A stretch of DNA of 64,000 bases from Bacteroidales bacterium (GCA_041725955.1 JBGRQE010000010.1:2376-66375); one strand, 5' to 3'; numbered from the stretch's first letter, positions 1-10,277 are shown. Notes: generated by a model from the letters alone, not told the origin. Made by a program: numbers and translations.

Positions 1-475
1 AACGGATTAGATTTTGGGTTTCTCTGCAAAGAGCTAGAGCCAAATCGGCATGTAGACTTCTTTCATGAAATTCATCGAAGAAAATCAATCCGATATCTTC
101 AAGGGCATTATCAGATTGAAGCATTCTTGTAAGGATCCCTTCAGTAACGACCTCTATTTTTGTTTCAGAACTCACCTTTGTTTCGAAACGAATTCTATAG
201 CCAACTTCCTTACCTAATTCAGAGTTCAATAGGTCGGACATCCTTTTCGCAATGGTTTTGGCAGCCAATCTTCGGGGTTCAAGAACAATAATTTTCTTTC
301 CTTCAAGCCACTGTTCGTCCATAAAAATTAGTGGCAGTATCGTACTTTTTCCTGCTCCCGGAGGAGCGTTTACGATAAGCGTATTTTGTCTTTTTAGGTG
401 TTTTAAACACTCATCTGCTATATCGAGAATAGGAAGATTGGTGTTTTTTATTGCGTTTTTCAATTGGGTATCCAC
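1..475 (-). CDS. hrpB: ATP-dependent helicase HrpB, N-terminal part (runs off the window start; not in the ORF track)
   Basis: Manual minus-strand translation from GTG at 475: VDTQLKNAIKNTNLPILDIADECLKHLKRQNTLIVNAPPGAGKSTILPL...IVLEPRRLAAKTIAKRM...VGYRIRFE...VTEGILTRML...FFDEFHERSLHADL. This contains Walker A (APPGAGKS), EPRRLAA and DEFH motifs of HrpB. Confidence 0.9.
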   Translation of the reverse strand, partial: MDTQLKNAIKNTNLPILDIADECLKHLKRQNTLIVNAPPGAGKSTILPLIFMDEQWLEGKKIIVLEPRRLAAKTIAKRMSDLLNSELGKEVGYRIRFETKVSSETKIEVVTEGILTRMLQSDNALEDIGLIFFDEFHERSLHADLALALCRETQNLIR

Positions 476-727
476 TTAAATTCCATTTTTTTTTCAGAGC
501 TGGCGAAATTAATAAAATGTTTGTAATTCAGTAGGATATGAGGAGTGAAAAAGTGGTTGCTATGGCTAGGTAAACTTAAATCCATTCATTTTCAGTTGCA
601 AGTATAGAATATTATGCACATATTTGTACTGTACTATTTAGGTAGTACACTATAACTCTAACTTAATTAGAGTTGGTTTGATTTTGAAGTGTAAAAATAA
701 GAGTTGTTTTAAAATAGATTATAACAG

Positions 728-1579
728 ATGAACTATCTACAAGTATTTAACCCTAGGCGTTTTGCTCTTCTTGCGAGACGAGAGATACTTTTTAATTGGA
801 AGAAACTTATTCTTGATTATTTGAGTATTATAGTGCTTATCGCATTTTTTTGTTCTACAGCGATTAATTTTTTATATACCTCTCCTGAGGTGTATTATCT
901 GAATCAAGCGGGAGAATCGATGCTTAAGCCTCATGTTTATAAGGATTTTTCAAGAATAGCTATTATATTGTATTTGATATTTATTGTAATACATGTAGGA
1001 TGGGCATTTCCTGATTTTCGATCAAAGGAGAGAACTCAGAACTTTATTTTGTTGCCAAACTCAGTATTTGAGAAATGGGTTTTTGAATTTATATTACGAA
1101 TTGTAGTCTTTAGTATTCTATATGTGTTTCTGCTTACTATTGGAATGAATATTGGGCAGTATGTTTATTCAATTTTTGCTAGCCAAGAAGTAACTTTCCT
1201 GAATTTTTGGTTTCCCTTTGAAGCGCTGTCATATTCATTTAGTATTGATGTATATGGAGAGCCTAATATATATATACTGTCTTTGGTTGCAGGAATTGCT
1301 CTTTCAAGTATTATGTTGACAGGAGCATCTTTCTTTCAAAAATACCCAATAATAAAGAGTGTTGCTTCTATATATATATTTCAAACTGTTTTAGGCCTAG
1401 CTACAGTACTTATCGGATTGTTATTCTATAGTAGATTTGACCACTTAATGCGTAATCTTGGTGCAGATATAACTTGGGAAGCTATAGGAATCAAATGGAT
1501 TGTATATGGTTTTCTCATTTTCACCTTTATTGTATTTCATACAGCTACTTATTTTCAGCTTAAAGAGAAAAGCTGTTAA
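728..1579 (+). CDS. ABC transporter permease-like membrane protein (copy 1)
   Basis: About 6 hydrophobic segments. Motifs FPDFRSK...LLPNSVFEK and C-terminal YFQLKEK are shared with 3148..3966. Lies in an operon with an ABC ATPase and GntR. Confidence 0.7.
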   Translation: MNYLQVFNPRRFALLARREILFNWKKLILDYLSIIVLIAFFCSTAINFLYTSPEVYYLNQAGESMLKPHVYKDFSRIAIILYLIFIVIHVGWAFPDFRSKERTQNFILLPNSVFEKWVFEFILRIVVFSILYVFLLTIGMNIGQYVYSIFASQEVTFLNFWFPFEALSYSFSIDVYGEPNIYILSLVAGIALSSIMLTGASFFQKYPIIKSVASIYIFQTVLGLATVLIGLLFYSRFDHLMRNLGADITWEAIGIKWIVYGFLIFTFIVFHTATYFQLKEKSC

Positions 1580-1621
1580 TCATGCGTAATATTTGATTTT
1601 GACTTAGTAAATTATTGGATT

Positions 1622-2299
1622 ATGAAAAAAGCTTTTTGGATTATTATAGGATATACAGGATTGGTTTTTATCTCGACTATCATACTTGTATTTTCATTTA
1701 TATTTTATGATTTCAACGAACAGGAAGTAGTCAAGACGAAAGTCTTAAAAGAATTATTACAAGATGATTTTCGGGTTGTTTATCTTGAAAATGGTCAGAT
1801 ATTAATTCAACCGGCAAAAGAAAGAATGATTGCTGAGGTAGAGTATAAAAAAGGAGAGGAAATTCCAGAATTAATTAGCAAAAGAAAGGAAGACACTCTA
1901 TTTATTAAGTTGCAAGGTTCTGGAGACGCTTTAAAAACAAAGGTGAAAATTTCTTTGTTATTTAACGATTCTATAAACATCGTTGCCAAGAATAATGTAT
2001 TGAGGCTTAATGATATCAAAGCCGCAAAGTGTCATATAAAAGGAAAAAAAAGTACAATCAATTTCTTTACAAGTTGTAAGTTAAAGCATATTGATGTATT
2101 TGCTCAAGATTCTAGGATAAGATGTCAAATTTATGGATTGGAAAGAGTAAATTCTACATTGGATTCTTCTACTTTAAGGCTTACTTATCCTATTGCCTAT
2201 TTACAAGGGAATATTAAAAATCACAGTTATTTTTCTGGAAGATCGGAACGTTTTAATTTCCAGAAAGATACCAGTTCTCAAATTTTTATTAGAAACTAG
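1622..2299 (+). CDS. Membrane-anchored hypothetical protein, DUF2807/GIN (beta-helix adhesin-like) type
   Basis: N-terminal TM helix followed by repeated short beta-strand-like segments. This type typically accompanies GntR-ABC operons in Bacteroidota. Confidence 0.5.
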   Translation: MKKAFWIIIGYTGLVFISTIILVFSFIFYDFNEQEVVKTKVLKELLQDDFRVVYLENGQILIQPAKERMIAEVEYKKGEEIPELISKRKEDTLFIKLQGSGDALKTKVKISLLFNDSINIVAKNNVLRLNDIKAAKCHIKGKKSTINFFTSCKLKHIDVFAQDSRIRCQIYGLERVNSTLDSSTLRLTYPIAYLQGNIKNHSYFSGRSERFNFQKDTSSQIFIRN

Positions 2300-2316
2300 A
2301 AAAAGAATATAAAGAT

Positions 2317-3144
2317 ATGATAGAAATAAAAAACTTAAGTTTTGGATATAAAAAGCAGAATCCGATTTATTCAGATTTAAATGTAGATTTAAAGAGTGGG
2401 CAGATTGTTGGTCTTTTAGGTAAAAATGGAGCAGGAAAAACTACCTTACTCAAGATAATATTAGGTTTATTGCAATCGAATGTAAAAGGAAGCATCAGTG
2501 TAATGGGGTTTGATCCAGCAAAACGAAACCCTGATATGCTGAAAGAGGTATTTATGATTTCGGAAGAAATTGATTTACCTTCTATAAAGATATCCACATA
2601 TGTAAAATCAATAGCAGGTTACTATGAACGTTTTGACCATCAGAAGTTAAATAATATTTTAGAAGAGTTTAAGCTAGAAAAAGATTTTGTGCTGACCAAA
2701 ATCTCTTATGGGCAGAAGAAAAAGTTTTTGATAGCTTTGGCTTTAGCAAGTGGTTGCAGATTATTAGTGTTAGATGAACCTACCAATGGATTGGATATAC
2801 CTTCAAAATCTTTATTCCGAAAAATAATTTCTGGAGCATTGACCGACGATCAATTGGTAATTATATCCACTCATCAAGTAAAAGATATCGAGAATATTAT
2901 TGATCATATTTTGATCTTAAATGAAGGAAAAGTATGCTTACATCAGTCCTTGCACGAGATTAGTCAAAGATTTTCTTTTTATCAGGTATCGGATCCAAGT
3001 GAAATGGAGTATTTATATAAAGAAACCATTCCAGGAGGTTATAAATTAATTACCAAATGCAATGGAGTTCCTACAGATTGGGATTTGGAGGTATTATTCA
3101 ATGCTAGCATATTCACTGAAGAATTGATGGAGGAGAAAGGCTAA
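2317..3144 (+). CDS. ABC transporter ATP-binding protein
   Basis: Walker A GKNGAGKT, signature SYGQ (variant of SGGQ), Walker B LLVLDEPT, H-loop STH. Confidence 0.95.
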   Translation: MIEIKNLSFGYKKQNPIYSDLNVDLKSGQIVGLLGKNGAGKTTLLKIILGLLQSNVKGSISVMGFDPAKRNPDMLKEVFMISEEIDLPSIKISTYVKSIAGYYERFDHQKLNNILEEFKLEKDFVLTKISYGQKKKFLIALALASGCRLLVLDEPTNGLDIPSKSLFRKIISGALTDDQLVIISTHQVKDIENIIDHILILNEGKVCLHQSLHEISQRFSFYQVSDPSEMEYLYKETIPGGYKLITKCNGVPTDWDLEVLFNASIFTEELMEEKG

Positions 3145-3147
3145 GTT

Positions 3148-3966
3148 ATGGAAATAAAGCATGTTTTTTCAATACCCAGATTCAAGCAGTTGCTGAAATG
3201 GCAATTTATGTTTAGTTGGAAACGAAATTTGATTGAATTTCTTGCAATGTTGATTTTGGTAATGGTTTGTGGGATTACAGTATATGTACCAACTACTAAA
3301 GTTCCAAAATTTCAATTTGGAAGTATGGCTATTCTCTACATTATTCTTTATAATATTATAGGCTTATTTTTTATAGGAAGTTGTTTCCCTATGTTACGAT
3401 CGAAAGTAAACAGTATGCAATTTTTAATGATGCCAGCGTCTATTTTTGAGAAGTATATTGGACAGGTATTAAGTCGTGTAATATTATTTGTATTTCTCTT
3501 CCCATTTGTTTTTTACATTGGATTGAATATGTCAGGTATACTTATCCATACTTTTTTTGGAGATTTAGCAAATTTTAGAGCTTATCCATTTCTTAGTGCT
3601 TACAGAGGATTTGTAATGTCATCAGATTTTATGGGTACAAATATTATGTTTGTAAACACATTAATTCTTCCTGTGTTTTTTGGATCGTTTGCTTTTTTTG
3701 GTAGTGTTTATTTTCAGACAAAAGCGACCATTAAAACTTTAATAAGTTTAGCTGCATTTTTTATTTCAGGAATTTTATTTGTAAAGATTCTTGGATTTAT
3801 TTTAAGTATAGATGAATATCATTTTTATGATCCAAGTCATTTTCCTGGAATTTCTAAAGATACTATTGGAGTTTATTCTGCATTTGGATTGTTCTTCTTC
3901 ATAGTTATAACCATCGGGATATTTTTTACCGCAAGTTATTTTCGCTTAAAAGAAAAGGAGGTATAG
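3148..3966 (+). CDS. ABC transporter permease-like membrane protein (copy 2)
   Basis: About 6 TM segments. FPMLRSK...MMPASIFEK and YFRLKEKEV parallel 728..1579. Confidence 0.7.
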   Translation: MEIKHVFSIPRFKQLLKWQFMFSWKRNLIEFLAMLILVMVCGITVYVPTTKVPKFQFGSMAILYIILYNIIGLFFIGSCFPMLRSKVNSMQFLMMPASIFEKYIGQVLSRVILFVFLFPFVFYIGLNMSGILIHTFFGDLANFRAYPFLSAYRGFVMSSDFMGTNIMFVNTLILPVFFGSFAFFGSVYFQTKATIKTLISLAAFFISGILFVKILGFILSIDEYHFYDPSHFPGISKDTIGVYSAFGLFFFIVITIGIFFTASYFRLKEKEV

Positions 3967-3967
3967 C

Positions 3968-4345
3968 ATGGATTTTAAAGCATCAAAAACTATATATATG
4001 CAAATTGCTGATTCAATTTGCGAAAACATTTTGAAAGGGTATTATGCTGCAGAAACAAAAATCCCTTCCGTTAGAGAGTTAGCAGCAGAAAAAGGAGTTA
4101 ATCCCAACACAATAATGCGCAGTTTTATGGATCTTCAAAGTCGAAATATAATCAAGAATCAAAGAGGAATAGGTTATTTTGTAGAACCCAAGGCTACAGA
4201 TATAATTACCCAAGAAAGGAAAGATCAGTTTTTTACAGAAGAATTCCCTGACTTATTGAATAAGTTGTCATTATTAAGGTTGACAAAAAAAGAGATTCAA
4301 AATATTATTGACCAAATAAAAAATGTAGGAAATGGAAACAAGTAA
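3968..4345 (+). CDS. GntR family transcriptional regulator (YtrA/YhcF type)
   Basis: IYMQIAD...KIPSVRELAAEKGVNPNTIMRSF...RGIGYFV winged HTH with a short C-terminal helix. Confidence 0.92.
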   Translation: MDFKASKTIYMQIADSICENILKGYYAAETKIPSVRELAAEKGVNPNTIMRSFMDLQSRNIIKNQRGIGYFVEPKATDIITQERKDQFFTEEFPDLLNKLSLLRLTKKEIQNIIDQIKNVGNGNK

Positions 4346-4991
4346 AAAATTAGTCCTTTCTTATTTTGGTGGGATCTTCTTTATTCTTTTTCTTATAGTT
4401 ATTTCTATTCGGATTTTTGGGTATTCGAATAAGGAATATAATCGAGATCTTGCAAAATTATCGGTGAAGCATTTTAGTTTAAATGATTTTTCTTATTTGA
4501 AGTGTGAAGGGATTAGTAACATTGAGGTTTACACTTCAGACTCCTCATATCTAAGAGTGAAATCATATAAAATTGGCGATACTCCAGAATTGGATTATAG
4601 CTATTGTAAGGACACATTGTGTTTGCCTTCTTTAAAAAATGTTGCAGGGAAGTCTTATGAAATTAAAGTATATGTAAATCTTAAGACGTTTAAAGGATTT
4701 ATTTCGAATGAATCGCATGTGTCTTGCTATAATATTAAATTATCGTCTTTAGAATATCATGGAACTCGTAGCGAGTTTTATTTTAATGGAGATTCTAAAC
4801 TAGATACTTTAATAGCAAAGGCCTCTAGATGTAAAATGTATTTGGGTGATAAGAATTTGAATATACAATCTTGTCAGCTAGATTTTGATAAAAGTAGATT
4901 GTGGGCCGTGGCACAACTAAAAGATATTCAAGGAATTTTAAAGAATGGTTCAATAATAAATTCTAATTGTAAAATTATAGACCCAAGTTAA
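4332..4991 (+). CDS. Membrane-anchored hypothetical protein, DUF2807/GIN-like (copy 2)
   Basis: N-terminal TM helix, then DFSYLKCEGISNIEV and beta-rich repeats. Overlaps the GntR stop, suggesting translational coupling. Confidence 0.5.
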   Translation: METSKKLVLSYFGGIFFILFLIVISIRIFGYSNKEYNRDLAKLSVKHFSLNDFSYLKCEGISNIEVYTSDSSYLRVKSYKIGDTPELDYSYCKDTLCLPSLKNVAGKSYEIKVYVNLKTFKGFISNESHVSCYNIKLSSLEYHGTRSEFYFNGDSKLDTLIAKASRCKMYLGDKNLNIQSCQLDFDKSRLWAVAQLKDIQGILKNGSIINSNCKIIDPS

Positions 4992-5007
4992 GATAAGAAA
5001 TTTAGAT

Positions 5008-5748
5008 TTACTGATTTGCTATATTAAATGCATAAGATATGTCTTCGTAATCGATATATATCTTATGTATTTTTTTTGCTATGGTTTTCTTGATTCGTAA
5101 GTTACAGCGTTTTCCTTCCTGATCAACGGCATAGTATGTAAGTATTGTTTCTTCGGGGGTGTTTTCTTTGTCGATATCATAGATAAAGTCAAAAACATCC
5201 TGATATTCTTCGTCAAATATTTTCATCTGATTTTCTGATAAATGTATGTCGAATTCAGTCGATTGCCATTCGCTCCAATCGCCCTCTCTTTGCAAAGAAA
5301 CTTGTGTTGCTCGTAATTTTTGAGGATCTTCAATCTCTATAGAATGCGTTGGTTCTACATTAAATACAAAGCTTACGTCGTCGTAGTCTATATAAATTTG
5401 GTAGTAGTTATGTTCTTTTTGGTTTCTAATTCTGATTAAAACATTTTCGCCATCTTCGTCCAGAGCATTTACAACAAGCGTTTTATCTTTATCACGATGT
5501 TTTTCTTCCACTTGTGTTAGGTAGGTATATTTGAATGGCATTATATTACCATAATGTAATAATTGACCATCACCAAAAACGAATAAATTATCAGACGGCA
5601 ACCAATCACCCCATTCTTTATTATTTTTTATTGCGACTTCAGAAGCTCTCATTTTTATAACTTCTTGTGCTGACAATAAAAATGGAAAGAGGAGGAGAAT
5701 TATAATTAAGGGCTTTGATTTCATAATATCAAAAATTGAGAAAACCAA
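5008..5748 (-). CDS. Secreted hypothetical protein with two internal ~100-aa repeats (start probably Met9 at 5724)
   Basis: Signal peptide MKSKPLIIILLLFPFLLSA. The two halves align by eye (see findings). Confidence 0.7.
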   Translation of the reverse strand: MVFSIFDIMKSKPLIIILLLFPFLLSAQEVIKMRASEVAIKNNKEWGDWLPSDNLFVFGDGQLLHYGNIMPFKYTYLTQVEEKHRDKDKTLVVNALDEDGENVLIRIRNQKEHNYYQIYIDYDDVSFVFNVEPTHSIEIEDPQKLRATQVSLQREGDWSEWQSTEFDIHLSENQMKIFDEEYQDVFDFIYDIDKENTPEETILTYYAVDQEGKRCNLRIKKTIAKKIHKIYIDYEDISYAFNIANQ

Positions 5749-5838
5749 TCAATAACGTAAGGGGGGGCTTAAATAAGAAAAACGAGAGGGGGCATATTAG
5801 GAGGTAGCCCCCATCTCGTTAAATATATAGCTATGATG

Positions 5839-7344
5839 TTAAAATCTAATTTGTAATCGAGCACGAAGAGTGTTTACCACATATTTACTGTCATTAATTA
5901 AGGCTTCTGCCATTGCATTAGACACTTTATGACCTGTATATGGATTGTTTATAAAAACTTGATAATTTAGGTCATCTGTAAACATATGGTTTTGATATTC
6001 AACAGAGAATCTTACTTTTCTTGGAATAATTTTAAAATTGATACCGGCTGTATAACTATATCCTTTATCAAAGTTATTATTTTCAAAAGGGGCATTAGAG
6101 TTAGGAAGAACATCTTTGAGATAACCAGAAGAGAAACCGGCTCCACCGCTATTTAGATAAGCGAATCTAAAGTATGGTTCCATCCAAAGGAAAACTCTAA
6201 AGCTAGTCATTGCATTGATTCCAAGACTATTTGCATCTGGAGAATTTTCTGCTCTGGAAGGAGCTCCTTCATCGTAAAAACCTCCATTTATAAACTGACC
6301 ATGTTCAGCATGACCGATAAATATTTCAGTTCCAATGCTTAACCATCCTGCTCTTGCGCTCATATAAGGGTTGAATACATATAACTCGTGGCTTTTTTGA
6401 TCACTTATAGGGAAGAATTGAATTCCTTTTGGCAGATAAGCGAAGTTTACACCAAAATTGAGTCGATAATTTTTTTTCTTATGGAGATATCCAAGTCCAC
6501 CATAGTAGTTAATTCTATTGATATTTTGTCCTTTAGGGCGCATAAAAGGGTTGAATGTTTCGTTTGCTATAGCTAAATAGTAATTCATTTTTGGAATTAG
6601 CCAATCTGCTTTACCTTCCCATTGTACGCCTGTATGTCTATTTCCAACACCAAGAGGAGTACATACATAACCACTTGGTCGACCAGCACCTTCATCCCAT
6701 AATGTAACACCATTGAAATAATTTGTTGCAATAGATCTTTCAACAGTAGTTAAGTAAAATGGATGCGTAGTTTCTTCTAGGCCAAATTTTACTTTTTTAT
6801 AACCCACACTCAATATACCTTTCAGCCAGCCAAAATGTAGCTTTTTCTGGATATAGGCATAATCAAGATAATCTCTTCGGTTTCCATATTCAGTATTGAT
6901 ATTGCTAAGATCTAGGGCAACACCTATATGAGCCGACCATCTTTTTTTGAAATATGCATCTGCACCCAAGCGTGCTCTCCTTATTTGGAAACCTGCATAA
7001 TCTTTAGGGGCAACAGGCGCTCCGAGATAATTATATTCGTTAGTGAGATTTGGATCTTCTTTTGTAATTAAATTTCTATGATCTTTAGCAGTACTAAAAT
7101 CATATTGAGCATCAACCTGACCTCTTACTCTTACTTTAGTTTTTCTATGGTGTTTTTTATGGTTGTCTTCAGTTATAATTAGTACATCTTGTGGTAAATA
7201 GTTTGATGCTGGTTCTTCAGAAACAACAATAAAACCTTCTTGAACAGGAGTTGCTTTTTCATTTATCTCGTTTTCCACTTGCGAATACGAGGTACTTCCT
7301 ATAAATAATAGGAATAGCAGTATTAGTATGTTTTTGTTTTTCAT
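5839..7344 (-). CDS. Outer-membrane porin, phosphate-selective OprO/OprP-like
   Basis: Signal peptide, GFQIRRARLG motif, amphipathic beta strands, C-terminal RARLQIRF ending in Phe (BAM signal). Confidence 0.7.
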   Translation of the reverse strand: MKNKNILILLFLLFIGSTSYSQVENEINEKATPVQEGFIVVSEEPASNYLPQDVLIITEDNHKKHHRKTKVRVRGQVDAQYDFSTAKDHRNLITKEDPNLTNEYNYLGAPVAPKDYAGFQIRRARLGADAYFKKRWSAHIGVALDLSNINTEYGNRRDYLDYAYIQKKLHFGWLKGILSVGYKKVKFGLEETTHPFYLTTVERSIATNYFNGVTLWDEGAGRPSGYVCTPLGVGNRHTGVQWEGKADWLIPKMNYYLAIANETFNPFMRPKGQNINRINYYGGLGYLHKKKNYRLNFGVNFAYLPKGIQFFPISDQKSHELYVFNPYMSARAGWLSIGTEIFIGHAEHGQFINGGFYDEGAPSRAENSPDANSLGINAMTSFRVFLWMEPYFRFAYLNSGGAGFSSGYLKDVLPNSNAPFENNNFDKGYSYTAGINFKIIPRKVRFSVEYQNHMFTDDLNYQVFINNPYTGHKVSNAMAEALINDSKYVVNTLRARLQIRF

Positions 7345-7630
7345 AGGATTTTAGGGTTGAATCATTTTTCCTTTTTGGTGAGAAAAAAAAGGATAAACAA
7401 AAATAGTAGGAAAAACTGTTATTTTAGTTTTTCTAAAGTTAGTATAAATATTTGAATATCTGTAATTATTGAAGGATTGTTCTTTTGTATTGAGAAAATC
7501 TGAAGATAGAATACTACTTTGTTTTATATAAAATAAGGTTGTTCTAGATATATACTAGAGCAACTATGGTACTTCAGTTATTTTTTTCGTTGTAACGCTA
7601 TTTCAGGAAAGGACACATCAGATATAAAAA

Positions 7631-7657
7631 AGAGACTGCCCTTTTTGGACAGTCTCT
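7631..7657. terminator. Hairpin, probable terminator of 7716..8123
   Basis: agagactgcc-ctttt-tggacagtctct with an adjacent A-tract (T-tract on the minus strand). Confidence 0.55.
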
Positions 7658-7715
7658 CGATTCAAACACTTTTAATTTTTTCTATTTCCGCTATCTTACC
7701 ATATTGTCTCTCCCA

Positions 7716-8123
7716 CTATTTAATTAGAATTTTTCTTATATCAAATGTATTATTCAATTTCAGTTTCACAAAATAGATCCCAGGTTTTAAATTTAAATTG
7801 CTGATGCGTATTAAATTTCTTTCTCGCATTATTTTTTTGAAGAACACTCTTTCTCCAACTAAATTCAATATACTCACCTTTGCATACTTTGCTGTGGATT
7901 TATTCGAAGCCGTTAGTTTTATAGTTACTTTTTTCTGTGCAGGATTCGGGTATAAATCTAGAATAAGATTTTCTTGATTTATAAAATAGAATTGGGAATT
8001 CTCCTCTTCATTGGAGGAAATTATTTTGTTTTCCCAAAGTAATTCTGGTTTGCATTCAGTTTTGCCTATATTTGTAATGCAAAAGAATGAAACCATAAAA
8101 AGTAATTGTAAAAGTTTTTTCAT
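7716..8123 (-). CDS. Very small T9SS type A sorting domain protein
   Basis: Signal peptide, about 30-35 aa, then LYPNPAQKKVTI...ILNLVGERV...LKPGIYFVKL...RKILIK (T9SS CTD pattern). Confidence 0.8.
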   Translation of the reverse strand: MKKLLQLLFMVSFFCITNIGKTECKPELLWENKIISSNEEENSQFYFINQENLILDLYPNPAQKKVTIKLTASNKSTAKYAKVSILNLVGERVFFKKIMRERNLIRISNLNLKPGIYFVKLKLNNTFDIRKILIK

Positions 8124-8303
8124 TTCTCTATATCAAATCCTACTTCATAAAAAAATATATTTTCGCTTGCCAGCAAAAACAAACTCAAAAAAAAATGAAA
8201 TGTTATTTGTTTTTACAAAAAAATATTTTCAGAATTTATTTACTTTGTTCCCAGCAAAAAATTGCTGGCAAAAATAGAATAATTCTTCAAAATACCAGAA
8301 AAA

Positions 8304-10202
8304 ATGAGTGATGCCATAAAGCATGAGTGTGGAATAGCAATGATCGCCTTAAGAAAGCCTTTAGATTACTATGTTGAGAAATATGGAACTGCTTTTTATG
8401 GCTTAAATAAGTTGCATTTGTTAATGCAAAAGCAACATAATCGTGGCCAAGATGGAGCAGGTATAGCTGTAATAAAGAAGAATCTTAAGCCGGGAATAGA
8501 GTATATTAATCGTAAAAGATCGGTTGCTACTAATCCAATTGTAGATGTTTTTAACCAGGTTTACGATCATATTGAACGTAAAAGAGGTAGTCATAAAAAA
8601 TCTTTTGAAAATACTCAATGGTTAAAAGACAATGTAAAATATTGCGGAGAGCTTTTTTTGGGGCATTTGCGTTATGGTACTTTTGGAAAAAATGAAATTT
8701 CTTATCAACATCCATTTGTTCGCTCGAATAATTGGAAAACCAGAAATTTAGCTGTTGCAGGTAATTTCAACCTAACTAATGTTGATGAATTGTTTCAACG
8801 TTTGGTTGATTTGGGACAATATCCAACACGTACTTCAGACACAGTTACTATTTTAGAGAAAATTGGTCACTTTCTTGATGAAGAAAATGAGCGACTATAT
8901 AATAAGTATAAAAGAGCTGGATATAGTAAAAAGCAGATAACCCCATTAATTTCTGAGCAATTAGATTTGTTGCAAGTAATTCGCGAGTCGAGCGATAATT
9001 GGGATGGTGGTTATGTAATTGGAGGTATGGTGGGTCATGGCGATTCATTTTTAATGCGTGATCCAGGAGGTATTCGCCCTGCATTTTATTATGTGAACGA
9101 TGAGGTTATTGTAGCTGCATCTGAGCGTCCTGTAATTCAAACGGCATTTAATGTAAAAACTAAAGATATTAAGGAGTTGGATCCAGGGCATGCTTTGATT
9201 ATGCGTAATGATGGATCATACCAATTGTCGCAATTTGCAAAGTCATGTAAAAAAACTCCTTGTTCTTTTGAAAGAATCTATTTTTCAAGAGGTACTGATA
9301 GTAGTATATATAAAGAAAGAAAGGCATTGGGAGCAGCATTGATTCCTCAGTTGTTAGATGCTATTGACAATGACTTGGAAAATACGGTTTTCTCTTATAT
9401 CCCAAATACTGCTTATGGTGCCTACCAAGGAATTGCTGATGGTTTGGGAGTACATTGCGATGCAGTTAGAAAGGAACGCTTATTAGAAGAAAAAAATCTA
9501 ACCAGCGAAAAGATTGATGAAATATTCAAATACAAGCCTCGTCTTGAGAATGTTGCTGTAAAAGATATGAAATTGCGTACTTTTATTACACAGGATAATA
9601 AAAGAGATGACTTAGTTGGTCACGTATATGATGTAACTTATGATTCAATTCGTGAAGGTAAGGACAAGCTTGTTATTGTAGATGATTCTATTGTTCGTGG
9701 AACTACTTTAAAGCAAAGTATTATTCGTATTCTGGATCGATTGAATCCTACAAAGATTATTGTTGTTTCTTCTGCTCCTCAGATTCGATATCCTGATTGC
9801 TATGGTATTGATATGGCAAAACTAGGTGATTTTATCGCTTTCCGTGCTGCTATAGCATTGATCAAGGAAAAAAACATGCATGATCTTTTGAATGAAGTTT
9901 ACTCAAAGTGTAAAGCTCAGGAGATGTTGCCTAAAGATGAGATTGTAAATCATGTTCGTGAAATTTATGCTCCATTTAGCCCTGAAGAAATATCTGGAAA
10001 GATAGCAGAACTAATCAAGTCTGTTGAAATAAAGGCTGATGTTGAAGTTATCTATCAGACCATTGAAAATTTACATGATTGTTTGCAGGAGCATAGTGGT
10101 GATTGGTATTTTACTGGTAATTATCCAACTCCAGGAGGGAATAAAGTTGTAAATAAGGCTTTTATAAACTTTATGGAAGGCAAAGATCAAAGAGCTTATT
10201 AA
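8304..10202 (+). CDS. purF: Amidophosphoribosyltransferase (long Bacteroidota form)
   Basis: MSDAIKHE-CGIA N-terminal nucleophile Cys, QHNRGQDGAG, GHLRYGT, PRPP-binding VDDSIVRGTT, YGIDM. Confidence 0.9.
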   Translation: MSDAIKHECGIAMIALRKPLDYYVEKYGTAFYGLNKLHLLMQKQHNRGQDGAGIAVIKKNLKPGIEYINRKRSVATNPIVDVFNQVYDHIERKRGSHKKSFENTQWLKDNVKYCGELFLGHLRYGTFGKNEISYQHPFVRSNNWKTRNLAVAGNFNLTNVDELFQRLVDLGQYPTRTSDTVTILEKIGHFLDEENERLYNKYKRAGYSKKQITPLISEQLDLLQVIRESSDNWDGGYVIGGMVGHGDSFLMRDPGGIRPAFYYVNDEVIVAASERPVIQTAFNVKTKDIKELDPGHALIMRNDGSYQLSQFAKSCKKTPCSFERIYFSRGTDSSIYKERKALGAALIPQLLDAIDNDLENTVFSYIPNTAYGAYQGIADGLGVHCDAVRKERLLEEKNLTSEKIDEIFKYKPRLENVAVKDMKLRTFITQDNKRDDLVGHVYDVTYDSIREGKDKLVIVDDSIVRGTTLKQSIIRILDRLNPTKIIVVSSAPQIRYPDCYGIDMAKLGDFIAFRAAIALIKEKNMHDLLNEVYSKCKAQEMLPKDEIVNHVREIYAPFSPEEISGKIAELIKSVEIKADVEVIYQTIENLHDCLQEHSGDWYFTGNYPTPGGNKVVNKAFINFMEGKDQRAY

Positions 10203-10231
10203 TAAGATATTCTGTTTTTGTAAGAATTTAT

Positions 10232-10272
10232 TTTAGGGGTATGATTTCTTTTCATGAAATCATACCCCTAAA
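10232..10272. terminator. Bidirectional terminator between convergent purF and spmAB
   Basis: Perfect 17-bp stem tttaggggtatgatttc / gaaatcatacccctaaa with a 7-nt loop. Confidence 0.75.
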
Positions 10273-10277
10273 TATTT

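Noticed and set aside
252-479. 75-aa plus-strand ORF
   Set aside because: Antisense shadow of hrpB, which has clear helicase motifs on the minus strand.
7631-7657. Hairpins at 7631 and 54935 sharing gagactg/cagtctc stems as a mobile repeat
   Set aside because: Both sit at gene 3' ends with T-tracts and have different loops; ordinary terminators explain them.
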